Part shown: positions 1-11,307 of the stretch, piece after piece | Layout: every line of letters starts with the position of its first letter | Position numbering within the stretch: the first letter of the stretch is position 1 | Assembly: GCF_022846255.1 (NCBI RefSeq) | Contig: NZ_AP025682.1 | Direction: 5' to 3' (one strand) | DNA length: 64,000 nt | Origin: Escherichia coli | Lineage (GTDB): Bacteria; Pseudomonadota; Gammaproteobacteria; Enterobacterales; Enterobacteriaceae | The notes under the pieces: generated by a model | What the model was told of the DNA's origin: nothing | Seen by the model: the letters and a program-made list of their open reading frames with translations, nothing else | The model's database searches: none | Position numbers and translations under genes: made by a program

Positions 1-759
1 GCCGTTGTGCTGGTGGGTAGTAACCCTGCATCGCAAATTTATGTCGCAAGCAAACGCAAGGCTTGTGAAGAAGTCGGGTTCGTCTCCCGCTCTTACGACC
101 TCCCGGAAACCACCAGCGAAGCGGAGCTGCTGGAGCTTATCGATACGCTGAATGCCGACAACACCATTGATGGCATTCTGGTTCAACTGCCGTTACCGGC
201 GGGTATTGATAACGTCAAAGTGCTGGAACGTATACACCCGGACAAAGACGTAGACGGTTTCCATCCTTATAACGTCGGTCGCCTGTGCCAGCGCGCGCCG
301 CGTCTGCGTCCCTGCACCCCGCGCGGTATTGTCACGCTGCTTGAGCGTTACAACATTGATACCTTCGGCCTCAACGCCGTGGTGATTGGCGCATCGAATA
401 TCGTTGGCCGCCCGATGAGCATGGAACTGCTACTGGCAGGTTGCACCACCACCGTGACTCACCGTTTCACTAAAAATCTGCGTCACCACGTAGAAAATGC
501 CGATCTACTGATCGTTGCCGTCGGCAAGCCGGGCTTTATTCCTGGTGACTGGATCAAAGAAGGCGCAATTGTGATTGATGTCGGCATCAACCGTCTGGAA
601 AATGGCAAAGTTGTGGGCGACGTCGTGTTTGAAGACGCGGCTAAACGCGCCTCATACATTACGCCTGTTCCGGGCGGCGTTGGCCCGATGACGGTTGCCA
701 CGCTGATTGAAAACACGCTACAGGCGTGCGTTGAATATCATGATCCACAGGGTGAGTAA
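1..759 (+). CDS. folD: Bifunctional methylenetetrahydrofolate dehydrogenase/cyclohydrolase FolD; 5' end truncated by window edge
   Basis: ORF 7..759 translation matches the FolD C-terminal ~250 aa ([22 protein letters not shown] motifs); frame stays open to position 1. Confidence 0.95.
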   Translation, partial: AVVLVGSNPASQIYVASKRKACEEVGFVSRSYDLPETTSEAELLELIDTLNADNTIDGILVQLPLPAGIDNVKVLERIHPDKDVDGFHPYNVGRLCQRAPRLRPCTPRGIVTLLERYNIDTFGLNAVVIGASNIVGRPMSMELLLAGCTTTVTHRFTKNLRHHVENADLLIVAVGKPGFIPGDWIKEGAIVIDVGINRLENGKVVGDVVFEDAAKRASYITPVPGGVGPMTVATLIENTLQACVEYHDPQGE

Positions 760-760
760 C

Positions 761-973
761 ATGGCGACATTTTCTTTAGGTAAACATCCGCACGTTGAGC
801 TGTGCGACTTGCTGAAACTGGAAGGCTGGAGCGAAAGCGGCGCGCAGGCGAAAATCGCGATAGCAGAAGGCCAGGTGAAAGTCGACGGTGCGGTTGAAAC
901 GCGCAAACGCTGCAAAATCGTCGCCGGTCAGACAGTGAGTTTTGCAGGTCACAGCGTACAGGTTGTTGCCTGA
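761..973 (+). CDS. ybcJ: S4-like RNA-binding protein YbcJ
   Basis: ATG at 761 gives MATFSLGKHPHVELCDLLKLEGW..., 70 aa; the ORF-track upstream extension (707) overlaps folD and is unlikely. Confidence 0.85.
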   Translation: MATFSLGKHPHVELCDLLKLEGWSESGAQAKIAIAEGQVKVDGAVETRKRCKIVAGQTVSFAGHSVQVVA

Positions 974-981
974 TCCCTTTC

Positions 982-1013
982 CCGGCCTGTAACAACAGGC
1001 CGGTTCTCTTTTC
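982..1013 (+). terminator. Rho-independent terminator after folD-ybcJ
   Basis: Inverted repeat ccggcctgt/acaggccgg followed by a T-rich run. Confidence 0.5.
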
Positions 1014-1080
1014 AGACTGTTGCCCTCTACGCCCCGTTCATCCATGCTGATAGCATCGACATTTTGCCGAAGCGACCATC

Positions 1081-1602
1081 ATGCCAACCGTTATTACGCA
1101 CGCCGCCGTTCCCCTTTGCATTGCTTTAGGGTTGGGTTCGAAAGTCATCCCTCCGCGCCTGTTATTTGCCGGAATCATCCTGGCGATGCTGCCCGATGCC
1201 GACGTCTTGTCGTTTAAATTTGGCGTTGCTTACGGCAATGTTTTTGGTCATCGCGGGTTTACCCATTCGCTGGTGTTTGCGTTTGTTGTCCCGCTGTTAT
1301 GTGCGCTGATTGGACGCCGATGGTTCAGGGCTGGGCTGATTCGCTGCTGGCTGTTTTTAACCGTCTCGTTGCTATCGCACAGCTTGCTGGATTCGGTAAC
1401 CACTGGCGGTAAAGGCGTTGGCTGGCTGTGGCCGTGGTCAGATGAACGCTTTTTCGCCCCCTGGCAGGTGATTAAAGTCGCGCCGTTTGCATTGTCTCGT
1501 TACACCACAGCGTACGGGCATCAGGTGATTATTTCTGAATTGATGTGGGTGTGGTTGCCGGGGATGCTACTGATGGGAATGTTGTGGTGGCGCAGACGAT
1601 AA
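1081..1602 (+). CDS. ybcI: Inner-membrane metal-dependent hydrolase family protein YbcI (DUF457)
   Basis: 173 aa hydrophobic ORF at the conserved position between ybcJ and cysS. Confidence 0.9.
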   Translation: MPTVITHAAVPLCIALGLGSKVIPPRLLFAGIILAMLPDADVLSFKFGVAYGNVFGHRGFTHSLVFAFVVPLLCALIGRRWFRAGLIRCWLFLTVSLLSHSLLDSVTTGGKGVGWLWPWSDERFFAPWQVIKVAPFALSRYTTAYGHQVIISELMWVWLPGMLLMGMLWWRRR

Positions 1603-1626
1603 CCGGATGCGAAAACTCGCATCCGG
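1603..1626. terminator. Bidirectional hairpin between convergent ybcI and cysS
   Basis: ccggatgcg-aaaact-cgcatccgg perfect inverted repeat between the two stop codons. Confidence 0.5.
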
Positions 1627-1637
1627 CAATTGCGCAA

Positions 1638-3023
1638 TTACTTACGACGCCAGGTGGTCCCTTGTGGGCCATCTTCCAGCACGATCCCCATCTCGTTAAG
1701 ACGGTCACGCGCCGCATCTGCCGCCGCCCAGTCTTTCGCTTTACGGGCATCCAGACGCTGTTGAATTAACGCTTCAATCTCAGCCACTTCGCTGTCGTCT
1801 GCCTGCGCGCCGCTTTGCAGGAACGCTTCTGGTTCTTGCTCCAGCAGGCCCAATACGGCGGAAAGTTTACGCAGATGAGACGCCATTGCGTTCGCCGCTG
1901 CCATATCTTCTGCTTTCAGACGGTTCACTTCACGGGCCATATCAAACAGCACGGAATAGGCTTCCGGGGTGTTGAAATCGTCGTCCATCGCTTCAATAAA
2001 GCGCGCTTCAAACGCTTCGCCACCGGCAGGCGCAACAGTTTTATCTGTGCCGCGCAGCGCAGTGTAGAGACGCTCCAGCGCCGCACGCGCCTGCTTCAGG
2101 TTCTCTTCGCTGTAGTTCAGCTGGCTGCGATAGTGGCCCGACATCAGGAAGTAACGCACGGTTTCAGCATCGTAGTATTTCAGCACATCGCGCACGGTAA
2201 AGAAGTTACCCAGCGATTTGGACATCTTCTCGCGGTCAACCATCACCATTCCGGAGTGCATCCAGTAGTTCACATACTGACCATCATGGGCACAGGTGGA
2301 CTGCGCGATTTCGTTTTCGTGGTGCGGGAACATCAGGTCAGAACCGCCGCCGTGGATATCAAAGTGGTTACCCAGCTGCTTGCAGTTCATTGCCGAACAT
2401 TCAATGTGCCAGCCAGGACGGCCCGCGCCCCACGGAGACGGCCAGCTCGGTTCGCCCTCTTTCGACATCTTCCACAGAACGAAGTCCATCGGGTTGCGTT
2501 TGTCGTCGACCACGTCAACGCGCGCGCCTGCCTGCAGCTGGTCGAGATCCTGACGCGACAGCACGCCATATGTCGGATCGGTCGGTACGTCAAACATCAC
2601 GTCGCCGTTGTCCGCCACATAAGCGTGACCTTTGGCGATCAGTTGTTCAGTGAGTTCAATAATTTCTGCGATATGGTGCGTCGCGCGCGGCTCCATATCC
2701 GGGCGCAAAATGTTCAACGCATCAAAATCTTTATGCATTTCGGCGATCATGCGATCCACCAGCGCCACAAAGCTTTCGCCATTTTCATTGGCGCGTTTGA
2801 TGATTTTGTCGTCGATATCAGTAATGTTGCGCACATACTTCAGCTTATAGCCGAGGAAACGCAGGTAGCGCGCGACCACGTCAAAGGCAACAAAGGTACG
2901 CCCGTGACCGATATGACAGAGATCGTAAACGGTGATTCCACACACGTACATGCCGACTTCCCCGGCGTGAATAGGCTTAAATTCCTCTTTTTGGCGTGTC
3001 AGAGTATTGAAGATTTTTAGCAT
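1638..3023 (-). CDS. cysS: Cysteine--tRNA ligase
   Basis: 461 aa; class I aaRS HIGH (CHIGHGRT) and KMSKS motifs present in the translation. Confidence 0.97.
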
Positions 3024-3196
3024 CGAAGATTCCGTTTAGACATGTGTGGGTAATTGAGTTGCGTATAATACCCATATTTCCCGCGCGAATCAGCATACAT
3101 TGCGTGATGATCCGATCGTGCGGTTATGCTATAACACCACCCTATATATGACCCGAACCGGGTTGAAGCACCAATCAAACGGAACAGGATGCAAAA

Positions 3197-3691
3197 ATGG
3201 TTACTTTCCACACCAATCACGGCGATATTGTCATCAAAACTTTTGACGATAAAGCACCTGAAACAGTTAAAAACTTCCTGGACTACTGCCGCGAAGGTTT
3301 TTACAACAACACCATTTTCCACCGTGTAATCAACGGCTTTATGATTCAGGGCGGCGGTTTTGAGCCGGGCATGAAACAAAAAACCACCAAAGACCCGATC
3401 AAAAACGAAGCCAATAACGGTCTGAAAAATACCCGTGGTACGCTGGCAATGGCCCGTACTCAGGCACCGCACTCTGCAACTGCACAGTTCTTCATCAACG
3501 TGGTTGATAACGACTTCCTGAACTTCTCTGGCGAAAGCCTGCAAGGTTGGGGTTACTGCGTGTTTGCTGAAGTGGTTGAAGGCATGGACGTGGTAGACAA
3601 AATCAAAGGTGTTGCAACCGGTCGTAGCGGTATGCACCAGGACGTGCCAAAAGAAGACGTTATCATTGAAAGCGTGACCGTTAGCGAGTAA
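3197..3691 (+). CDS. ppiB: Peptidyl-prolyl cis-trans isomerase B (cyclophilin)
   Basis: 164 aa [27 protein letters not shown]... cyclophilin fold. Confidence 0.97.
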   Translation: MVTFHTNHGDIVIKTFDDKAPETVKNFLDYCREGFYNNTIFHRVINGFMIQGGGFEPGMKQKTTKDPIKNEANNGLKNTRGTLAMARTQAPHSATAQFFINVVDNDFLNFSGESLQGWGYCVFAEVVEGMDVVDKIKGVATGRSGMHQDVPKEDVIIESVTVSE

Positions 3692-3693
3692 TC

Positions 3694-4416
3694 GTGGCGA
3701 CACTCTTTATTGCAGATCTTCATCTCTGCGCGGAAGAACCGGCGATCACCGCCGGTTTTCTGCGTTTTTTAGCGGGGGAGGCCCGCAAGGCCGATGCGCT
3801 GTATATTCTTGGCGATCTGTTTGAAGCCTGGATCGGCGACGACGATCCCAACCCGCTCCATCGCCAGATGGCGGCAGCGATCAAAGCGGTGTCCGATTCC
3901 GGCGTTCCCTGTTATTTCATTCATGGCAACCGTGATTTTCTGCTCGGCAAACGCTTTGCCCGTGAAAGCGGCATGACGTTATTGCCGGAAGAAAAGGTGC
4001 TCGAACTTTATGGTCGTCGGGTGTTGATTATGCATGGCGACACGCTGTGCACCGATGACGCGGGTTATCAGGCTTTTCGTGCCAAAGTCCACAAACCCTG
4101 GCTGCAAACGCTATTCCTCGCCCTGCCGTTGTTTGTGCGCAAACGCATTGCCGCGCGAATGCGCGCGAACAGTAAAGAAGCCAACAGCAGTAAATCGCTG
4201 GCGATCATGGACGTTAACCAAAACGCGGTGGTCAGTGCGATGGAAAAACATCAGGTGCAATGGCTGATTCACGGGCATACCCATCGCCCGGCAGTACATG
4301 AACTTATCGCCAATCAGCAACCTGCTTTCCGCGTCGTGCTGGGTGCCTGGCATACGGAAGGTTCAATGGTGAAAGTCACGGCGGATGACGTTGAGCTGAT
4401 TCATTTTCCGTTTTAA
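3694..4416 (+). CDS. lpxH: UDP-2,3-diacylglucosamine pyrophosphohydrolase LpxH
   Basis: 240 aa calcineurin-like phosphoesterase (DLHL, GNRD, GHTH motifs); GTG start 3 nt after the ppiB stop. Confidence 0.93.
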   Translation: MATLFIADLHLCAEEPAITAGFLRFLAGEARKADALYILGDLFEAWIGDDDPNPLHRQMAAAIKAVSDSGVPCYFIHGNRDFLLGKRFARESGMTLLPEEKVLELYGRRVLIMHGDTLCTDDAGYQAFRAKVHKPWLQTLFLALPLFVRKRIAARMRANSKEANSSKSLAIMDVNQNAVVSAMEKHQVQWLIHGHTHRPAVHELIANQQPAFRVVLGAWHTEGSMVKVTADDVELIHFPF

Positions 4417-4445
4417 ATACCCGCAACTTTGCTGATTTCACAGCC

Positions 4446-4461
4446 ACGCAACCGTTTTCCT
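4446..4461 (+). promoter_or_regulatory. Candidate PurR operator upstream of purEK
   Basis: acgcaaccgttttcct resembles the PurR box consensus (aCGCAAACGTTTtCnT) and lies ~70 nt upstream of the purE start. Confidence 0.5.
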
Positions 4462-4532
4462 TGCTCTCTTTCCGTGCTATTCTCTGTGCCCTCTAAAGCC
4501 GAGAGTTGTGCACCACAGGAGTTTTAAGACGC

Positions 4533-5042
4533 ATGTCTTCCCGCAATAATCCGGCGCGTGTCGCCATCGTGATGGGGTCCAAAAGCGACTGGGCTACCAT
4601 GCAGTTCGCCGCCGAAATCTTCGAAATCCTGAATGTCCCGCACCACGTTGAAGTGGTTTCTGCTCACCGCACCCCCGATAAACTGTTCAGCTTCGCCGAA
4701 AGCGCCGAAGAGAACGGTTATCAGGTGATTATTGCGGGCGCAGGCGGCGCAGCGCACCTGCCTGGCATGATTGCCGCCAAAACGCTGGTGCCGGTGCTGG
4801 GCGTGCCAGTACAGAGCGCCGCACTGAGCGGTGTCGATAGCCTCTACTCCATCGTACAAATGCCGCGCGGCATTCCGGTGGGTACGCTGGCGATTGGTAA
4901 AGCTGGCGCGGCAAACGCGGCGTTACTGGCAGCACAAATTCTTGCGACTCATGATAAAGAACTGCACCAGCGTCTGAATGAATGGCGCAAAGCACAAACT
5001 GATGAAGTGCTGGAAAACCCGGACCCGCGAGGTGCGGCATGA
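4533..5042 (+). CDS. purE: N5-carboxyaminoimidazole ribonucleotide mutase PurE
   Basis: [20 protein letters not shown]...; ATG at 4533 (the ORF-track start at 4506 is an upstream extension). Confidence 0.93.
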   Translation: MSSRNNPARVAIVMGSKSDWATMQFAAEIFEILNVPHHVEVVSAHRTPDKLFSFAESAEENGYQVIIAGAGGAAHLPGMIAAKTLVPVLGVPVQSAALSGVDSLYSIVQMPRGIPVGTLAIGKAGAANAALLAAQILATHDKELHQRLNEWRKAQTDEVLENPDPRGAA

Positions 5043-6106
5043 AACAGGTTTGCGTCCTCGGTAACGGGCAGTTAGGCCGTATGCTGCGTCAGGCAGGCGA
5101 ACCGTTAGGCATTGCTGTCTGGCCAGTCGGGCTGGACGCTGAACCGGCGGCGGTGCCTTTTCAACAAAGCGTGATTACCGCTGAGATAGAACGCTGGCCG
5201 GAAACCGCATTAACCCGCGAGCTGGCGCGCCATCCGGCCTTTGTGAACCGCGATGTGTTCCCGATTATTGCTGACCGTCTGACTCAGAAGCAGCTTTTCG
5301 ATAAGCTCCACCTGCCGACCGCACCGTGGCAGTTACTTTCCGAACACAGCGAGTGGCCTGCGGTGTTTGATCGTTTAGGTGAGCTGGCGATTGTTAAACG
5401 TCGCACTGGTGGCTATGACGGACGCGGTCAATGGCGTTTACGCGCCGATGAAACCGAACAGTTACCGGCTGAATGCTACGGCGAATGTATTGTCGAGCAG
5501 GGCATAAACTTCTCAGGTGAAGTGTCGCTGGTTGGCGCGCGCGGCTTTGATGGCAGCACCGTGTTTTATCCGCTGACGCATAACCTGCATCAGAACGGCA
5601 TTTTGCGCACCAGCGTCGCTTTCCCGCAGGCCAATGCACAGCAACAGGCGCAAGCTGAAGAGATGTTGTCGGCGATTATGCAGGAGCTGAGCTATGTGGG
5701 CGTGATGGCGATGGAGTGTTTTGTCACCCCACAAGGTCTGCTGATCAACGAACTGGCTCCGCGTGTGCATAACAGCGGTCACTGGACGCAAAACGGTGCC
5801 AGCATCAGCCAGTTTGAGCTACATCTGCGGGCAATTACCGATCTGCCGTTACCGCAACCAGTAGTGAATAATCCGTCGGTGATGATCAATCTGATTGGTA
5901 GCGATCTGAATTATGACTGGCTGAAACTGCCGCTTGTGCATCTGCACTGGTACGACAAAGAAGTCCGTCCGGGCCGTAAAGTGGGGCATTTGAATTTGAC
6001 CGACAGCGACACATCGCGTCTGACCGCGACGCTGGAAGCCTTAATCCCACTGCTGCCGCCGGAGTATGCCAGCGGCGTGATGTGGGCGCAGAGCAAGTTC
6101 AGTTAA
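5039..6106 (+). CDS. purK: N5-carboxyaminoimidazole ribonucleotide synthase PurK
   Basis: 355 aa ATP-grasp protein; start overlaps the purE stop (ATGA). Confidence 0.95.
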   Translation: MKQVCVLGNGQLGRMLRQAGEPLGIAVWPVGLDAEPAAVPFQQSVITAEIERWPETALTRELARHPAFVNRDVFPIIADRLTQKQLFDKLHLPTAPWQLLSEHSEWPAVFDRLGELAIVKRRTGGYDGRGQWRLRADETEQLPAECYGECIVEQGINFSGEVSLVGARGFDGSTVFYPLTHNLHQNGILRTSVAFPQANAQQQAQAEEMLSAIMQELSYVGVMAMECFVTPQGLLINELAPRVHNSGHWTQNGASISQFELHLRAITDLPLPQPVVNNPSVMINLIGSDLNYDWLKLPLVHLHWYDKEVRPGRKVGHLNLTDSDTSRLTATLEALIPLLPPEYASGVMWAQSKFS

Positions 6107-6123
6107 TTGATGCTCATTTTCTT

Positions 6124-6309
6124 GCCGGATGCGGCGTGAACGCCTTATCCGGCCTACCGTTCCAACACCGCCTGTAGGCCTGATAAGATGCGCCAGCATC
6201 GCATCAGGCATGGTGTGCCGATTGCCGCATGCGGCGTGAACGCCTTATCCGGCCTACCGTTCCAACACCGACTGTAGGCCTGATAAGACGCGCCAGCATC
6301 GCATCAGGC
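6124..6309. repeat. REP/BIME cluster; two tandem ~100 bp units
   Basis: gccggatgcggcgtgaacgccttatccggcctac and its inverted partner gtaggcctgataaga...gcatcaggc occur twice in tandem. Confidence 0.8.
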
Positions 6310-6338
6310 TAGATGTGCCAATTGCCTGGTGCCCATCA

Positions 6339-7232
6339 CTACAGCGAAATACAAGTCCCCGCTTCGCCCGCCAGCGTCTCTTCAATCCGCGATAACGCCC
6401 CAATCCACGCGGGTTTACCACGGCTTCTGACATAGCCACTCACCGCCGTTACCTTCGGCCCCATCGAACCATCGGCTTTGGCAAATGGCGCTAACTCATC
6501 CGGTGTGGCATGGCGAATGGCACGTTGCTGCGGCGTTCCCCAGTTTTCATATACCGCATCAGCATCGGTGAGGATCACCAGTCCATCGGCATTAATCTGC
6601 TCGGCGAGCAACGCAGCGGCGAGATCTTTATCAATCACCGCTTCACTCCCTGCCCCGTCTTCCGTCACAGGCACACCGCCGCCGCCACTGCAAATCACCA
6701 CATGCCCCTCTTTGAGCAACAACTCGATGGCTTCGCTGTCGAGAATTTTACGCGGTTGCGGAGACGCCACCACCCGGCGTAAATATTTACCATCACGTTT
6801 CATCTGCCAGCCGTAAGCCGCTTCCAGTGCCTCTTGTTCTTCTGGCTGATAAACCGGACCAATAAATTTCTCTGGCTGTAAAAACGCCGGATCATCAGGC
6901 GAAACCTCAATGCGCGTCAGCACCGTCGTGACAGGCGGCATCTGCGGCTGTGCGCTCAAGCTCTGCGCCAGCATATAGCCAATCATCCCCTGGCTTTCCG
7001 CCACCAGTACATCCAGCGGATACGGTTCTACCTCTTTCCACGCCAGATTCTGTAACGCCAGCAGCCCCACCTGCGGTCCGTTGCCGTGAACAATCGCCAG
7101 CCGATAAGAACGGGCCAGGCGCGCCAGCGCGGGTACAGCACTGGCAATATTGCGATATTGATTTTTTGCCGTCAGCGCCTCACCGCGCTGGAGTAAGGCG
7201 TTGCCCCCAAGAGCCACAACCAGTGTTTTCAT
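6339..7232 (-). CDS. ybcF: Carbamate kinase-like protein (allantoin/oxamate pathway)
   Basis: [18 protein letters not shown]... amino-acid kinase family; ATG at 7230-7232 (the ORF-track start at 7346 is an upstream extension). Confidence 0.9.
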   Translation of the reverse strand: MKTLVVALGGNALLQRGEALTAKNQYRNIASAVPALARLARSYRLAIVHGNGPQVGLLALQNLAWKEVEPYPLDVLVAESQGMIGYMLAQSLSAQPQMPPVTTVLTRIEVSPDDPAFLQPEKFIGPVYQPEEQEALEAAYGWQMKRDGKYLRRVVASPQPRKILDSEAIELLLKEGHVVICSGGGGVPVTEDGAGSEAVIDKDLAAALLAEQINADGLVILTDADAVYENWGTPQQRAIRHATPDELAPFAKADGSMGPKVTAVSGYVRSRGKPAWIGALSRIEETLAGEAGTCISL

Positions 7233-8044
7233 GGTTTCCCTTGTAATAATTGTTGGCCAAGCCAGAACCCCAGCAGCGTATCGGCCCCTGACGTATGCCC
7301 CAGCGCCAGCAGCGAATCGATCGCCGCTGCGGTACGTTTCGGGCAACTCAGAGCATGAACAAAGTGCAGGAGTGGCGAGGCGAAATATCCTTGCGCGGCA
7401 TAACGTAAATAACTGACGCTCACCGCAGTGGTAACGAGTTGAAGATTGTCGGAACAGGCAAAAAACGGGCGACCGGAGCGCGCATCTAAAGCACCATAAT
7501 ACCAGGCCGCCAGCAGCATTCCGCTCAGCGTGTCATCATGACTTGGCGTTAATCCGGGGCCTTTACCCAGCCAGTGCCGCCAGTCGGTCTTAACGCCATT
7601 GAGCGCGGCCTGAAAACAGTGACGAAACTGGCGTAATTCAGCAGGCAGCGGATCGCTTGCCGCCAATGCCAGTGGCCCGAAAAGCCCGGTTTCCTCCGCG
7701 CGTTGCATCCATGCAACGGCAAGCGGTTGAGGATGCGCAGGCGGCGTAATACGTAGCAAACAATAACGCTGTGGCTGTTTAACCGTGAAACGCCCGAGAC
7801 GAATCCCTTGTGCCACAACCTGTGGTCGTTCATTGCCGCATAATCCACCGCATAACGCATCGAATTGCGCGCGGCGAAGCACCCATCCGCCGGGGCCGAA
7901 ACCACTCCCCTGACGATGCAGCGTTAACAGTTCGCCGCTTTCCGTCATCAGGTTAATCGCCCGCCGCCACACTCCCGCTAACCGCCAGGACTGGCGATAA
8001 TTCGGTGCGCTACGGCTGGCAAGTAGAGGATGGATGATCGTCAT
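7229..8044 (-). CDS. ylbF: YlbF, DUF2877 protein of the fdrA-ylbE-ylbF-ybcF operon
   Basis: [20 protein letters not shown]..., 271 aa; ATG at 8042-8044; stop overlaps the ybcF start. Confidence 0.85.
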   Translation of the reverse strand: MTIIHPLLASRSAPNYRQSWRLAGVWRRAINLMTESGELLTLHRQGSGFGPGGWVLRRAQFDALCGGLCGNERPQVVAQGIRLGRFTVKQPQRYCLLRITPPAHPQPLAVAWMQRAEETGLFGPLALAASDPLPAELRQFRHCFQAALNGVKTDWRHWLGKGPGLTPSHDDTLSGMLLAAWYYGALDARSGRPFFACSDNLQLVTTAVSVSYLRYAAQGYFASPLLHFVHALSCPKRTAAAIDSLLALGHTSGADTLLGFWLGQQLLQGKP

Positions 8045-8054
8045 TGTGCGTTCC

Positions 8055-9314
8055 TCAACCAATCCCCATGCTTTCAGCCAGTGCTTCCAGCGCCTGTTCA
8101 AAGCACGCCAGCGGTGCCCGCACGGTGCCTGCGCCAATCTGCCCGATCCCCGCCTCTTTATGGGCGATACCGGTATTGATGAGTGGCGTAATGCCGGTTT
8201 CTACCACGCGACGAATGTCCAGCCCCAGGCACGCCCCCTGGAAATCCCAGCCGGGGATCTGCAATTGCATATTGCGTTCAAGGTAAATTTCCGCCATCTC
8301 TTCAGATACCGCTCTGGCCGCTTCCATGCCACCCGCACCGACAAAGCGCGTTACGCCAGGCGCTGCGATCATTGCCGCACCTCCGATACCAAAGGTTTCG
8401 GTAATCGCGCTATCGCCCATATCCGGGTTCGCCTGCTCCTGCGAGAAGCCGGTGAAAAACAGACCTTGCGGAGTGTTTACAGGCGCAGTAAACCAGCGTT
8501 CACCCAGCCCGCTTACCCGAATCCCGAACATATTGCCGTTGCGGGTCATAGCCGTAACGATGCTGCCTGCGCGGATCATCGCGCCTGCATCCATCGCCGC
8601 CTTGCAGTAGGCCATCGCGAGATTGAGGAAGAACTGATCGGTCACGCTGAGGAAATCCATCACTTCGGCGATGTGCTGTTTATCATGATCGAGGCGAGCA
8701 ATTTGTGGGGCCAGCGCACGCATTAACAGTGCAGAGGAAGCAATATTGCGTTGATGGAACTCATCGCCCATGGTAATGCCCTGCGCCATCATTGCCGTGA
8801 GATCGATACCGCGCTCCATGCGCCCCAGCGCCGCGCTTAATACTGGCATTAACACATCGCGCATCCAGCGATGGCGAGTCAGGACATCTTCGCCGTAAGC
8901 GCCAAAACGCATCACTTTGCCGATACCTTCGTTGAGGTTGCAGTACGCCCGGTTGCCGTCGGTCACGTTCTCGACCACCAGCATCGGCATACTGGCAGAA
9001 GTAATGCCACCCATTGGCCCGACGGCATTCACATGGTGACAAGGAATGAAGTTCACTTCCCCCTGCTCCAGTATTGCCAGCGCCTGCGCTTCATCTTTCG
9101 CCCAGCCTTCGAACAGACATGCGCCCACGCACGCCCCTTTCATGGGTCCGGTCATCTCCTGCCAGCGCATTGGCGGCCCGGCGTGAAGCAGTGTTTTGCC
9201 CTTGTTTAGTTCGCTGATAAGTGAAGAAGCCGGTTGCACATCCAGCCAGTGTGGACGAGCGCGACGAATTTGTTCGATAACCGCAGCATTGGCTTGCGCC
9301 ACTGATGTAAACAT
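8055..9314 (-). CDS. ylbE: YlbE, DUF1116 protein; intact 419 aa
   Basis: Uninterrupted 419 aa ORF between fdrA and ylbF. Confidence 0.85.
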   Translation of the reverse strand: MFTSVAQANAAVIEQIRRARPHWLDVQPASSLISELNKGKTLLHAGPPMRWQEMTGPMKGACVGACLFEGWAKDEAQALAILEQGEVNFIPCHHVNAVGPMGGITSASMPMLVVENVTDGNRAYCNLNEGIGKVMRFGAYGEDVLTRHRWMRDVLMPVLSAALGRMERGIDLTAMMAQGITMGDEFHQRNIASSALLMRALAPQIARLDHDKQHIAEVMDFLSVTDQFFLNLAMAYCKAAMDAGAMIRAGSIVTAMTRNGNMFGIRVSGLGERWFTAPVNTPQGLFFTGFSQEQANPDMGDSAITETFGIGGAAMIAAPGVTRFVGAGGMEAARAVSEEMAEIYLERNMQLQIPGWDFQGACLGLDIRRVVETGITPLINTGIAHKEAGIGQIGAGTVRAPLACFEQALEALAESMGIG

Positions 9315-9323
9315 GGGAACCCC

Positions 9324-10991
9324 TTATTGCAAACGTTCTAATAAACGAGCCAGTTTTTTATTGCCGCCGGCGACTGGCGACCATTGGTAATGCACAACCG
9401 GTTTGCTGGCGCTTTGTAGCTCCAGCGCAAAGCTGCGTAATCCGATGTTAATCACGGCGACGTTTTCCAGTAATGACGGTGTGTGTTGCTGTGTGGCAGG
9501 CGAGAGCGGATGAATTAATGCCGCCGCCAGCAAGGTGGCTTCCGGTAGCGAACTCACTACCGCGATCCCCGCATCTTCCAGCGTGGCAATTTGCTGCGAG
9601 CGACATTGCGGATCACGTTCAGTGCCTGTCACCGTGGCAATGGCATACAGTGGTTGATTGTCTGAACGCGCGGCACAGGCTTTTTGCCAGGCGCTCACCA
9701 GCGAGGCGGCAGGATCGGCGGTCGCACCGAAGCCAATCACGACATCAAGCAGCAACACGCGCACTTGCGGTTTAGCGCCGAGATCGGCAATTAACAGGTT
9801 GCGTAAGGTCGGGTCGATCATCGGATGGGGACGCCCGACGGTGTAAAAATCATCGCCCAGGTCGAGGATCTGATGTCCGTCGGCGTCCAGCATCATGCCA
9901 TGTTGATGGGTATCGTCGGCTTCCACGCCAAGGTGTCCGGCAAGTAATCCCGCCGCTTCAGCAGCCAGCGTACCGCCGGTATACAAACCGCAAATAAATC
10001 CGCTGCTGACAGGCGCTATCGCGTTACGTCGCGCAGTGACGCGTGAAAGCAGACAAGCCAGACGAGCGGCCTCATCCAGCGAGGAGGCAAACCAGACATT
10101 CTCGTCGCGGGCCACCGCTGGGGTATAACCTAAAAACAGCGCCACCGTCGGTTTGCCAGTTGCTTTCATGGCATTAACAATTTTCAGACGCACAGTTTCG
10201 GCAGGTGGTTTTGAAACAAATGCCAGCACTTCGCTTTTCTCGTCTGCACTGAGCATTTCCAGCGCCGTTAGCGCACTGATGCCGCCCACTTCACGGCTGA
10301 GATCGCGCCCGCCAAGACCAATCGCGTGAGTAATTCCCTCCCCTGCCAGCGCAATCTGTGAGCACAGCTCCTGAATCCCGGTACCGGAAGCGCCTATGAC
10401 GCCAATGTTGCCTTCCGGCATCACGTTAGCAAAAGCCAGCGGCGTGGCGGCAATCATCGACGTACCGCAGTCTGGCCCCATCACCAGCAAGCCTTTTTCC
10501 CGCGCGCGCGTTTTAAGTTGGATTTCATCTTCCAGCGTGACGTTATCGGAGAACATCATCACGTTGAGGTTGCGATCCAGCGCCTGGTTCGCCAGCTCCG
10601 CCGCATACTCACCAGCCACTGAAATCAGCGCCAGATTGGCATCGGGTAATTTCTGACTGGCACTGTCCCAGCGACGCACCTGCGTCAACGCCTGGCTGCT
10701 GCCTGAACCCTGCGCCAGTTGTTTTAGCGCCTCTTCAAGCTGCTGCATAACCGCCTGCGCGATCCCCGCATCCGCCGCTTCGCTACGAATTGCCACGCAA
10801 ATATCGTTCGGCGTGGCGTTATTAAAATCGTCATGCCAGAAACCTGTAGTATCTAATAACGCTTTATTGGCGGGCGTACCCATCATTACGGAAACATCAT
10901 CAACATTTTCTGATTCGCTGAGTTTTCGTGAAATAATCATTAAACTGACCGAATCCTGAAAACACCCTTTTTTAATAAAGGCGTGGATCAT
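9324..10991 (-). CDS. fdrA: FdrA, succinyl-CoA-ligase-alpha-like protein
   Basis: 555 aa with CoA-binding/ligase-like Gly-rich segments; ATG at 10989-10991. Confidence 0.9.
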   Translation of the reverse strand: MIHAFIKKGCFQDSVSLMIISRKLSESENVDDVSVMMGTPANKALLDTTGFWHDDFNNATPNDICVAIRSEAADAGIAQAVMQQLEEALKQLAQGSGSSQALTQVRRWDSASQKLPDANLALISVAGEYAAELANQALDRNLNVMMFSDNVTLEDEIQLKTRAREKGLLVMGPDCGTSMIAATPLAFANVMPEGNIGVIGASGTGIQELCSQIALAGEGITHAIGLGGRDLSREVGGISALTALEMLSADEKSEVLAFVSKPPAETVRLKIVNAMKATGKPTVALFLGYTPAVARDENVWFASSLDEAARLACLLSRVTARRNAIAPVSSGFICGLYTGGTLAAEAAGLLAGHLGVEADDTHQHGMMLDADGHQILDLGDDFYTVGRPHPMIDPTLRNLLIADLGAKPQVRVLLLDVVIGFGATADPAASLVSAWQKACAARSDNQPLYAIATVTGTERDPQCRSQQIATLEDAGIAVVSSLPEATLLAAALIHPLSPATQQHTPSLLENVAVINIGLRSFALELQSASKPVVHYQWSPVAGGNKKLARLLERLQ

Positions 10992-11307
10992 AACAACTCC
11001 TTAAAAATTGCACCCATGGCAATTGCACGAGCAGTGTTAATGTGGCGATTACGGTATCGATGACAACGAGTAAATAAGGTGATGAATATCACACGTGGAT
11101 TATTAACAAAAGAATTCAAATAACCGCCAGACTATTACGCGTTATTTTTTAATAAGCATGGTTGTTTTAAAAACCAGGTTAAAAGCACGAAGATTATCAA
11201 ATAAATTCTAACTATATTTTTTTGCCTGTCTGGATCACATAATCCAGATATTTTCCCTGTATGTTAATTGCAGTCATGCTTCACACCGTCGTTAAAAAGG
11301 AAGACAG

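Noticed and set aside
1815-3020. 401-aa ORF on the plus strand
   Set aside because: Lies entirely antisense to cysS; its Arg/His/Val-rich low-complexity composition is typical of the reverse frame of a real gene.
7233-7346. N-terminal extension of ybcF in the ORF track (start at 7346)
   Set aside because: It would overlap ylbF by more than 100 nt; the conserved carbamate kinase N-terminus begins at [13 protein letters not shown].
8034-8726. 230-aa ORF on the plus strand
   Set aside because: Antisense shadow ORF inside ylbE and ylbF.
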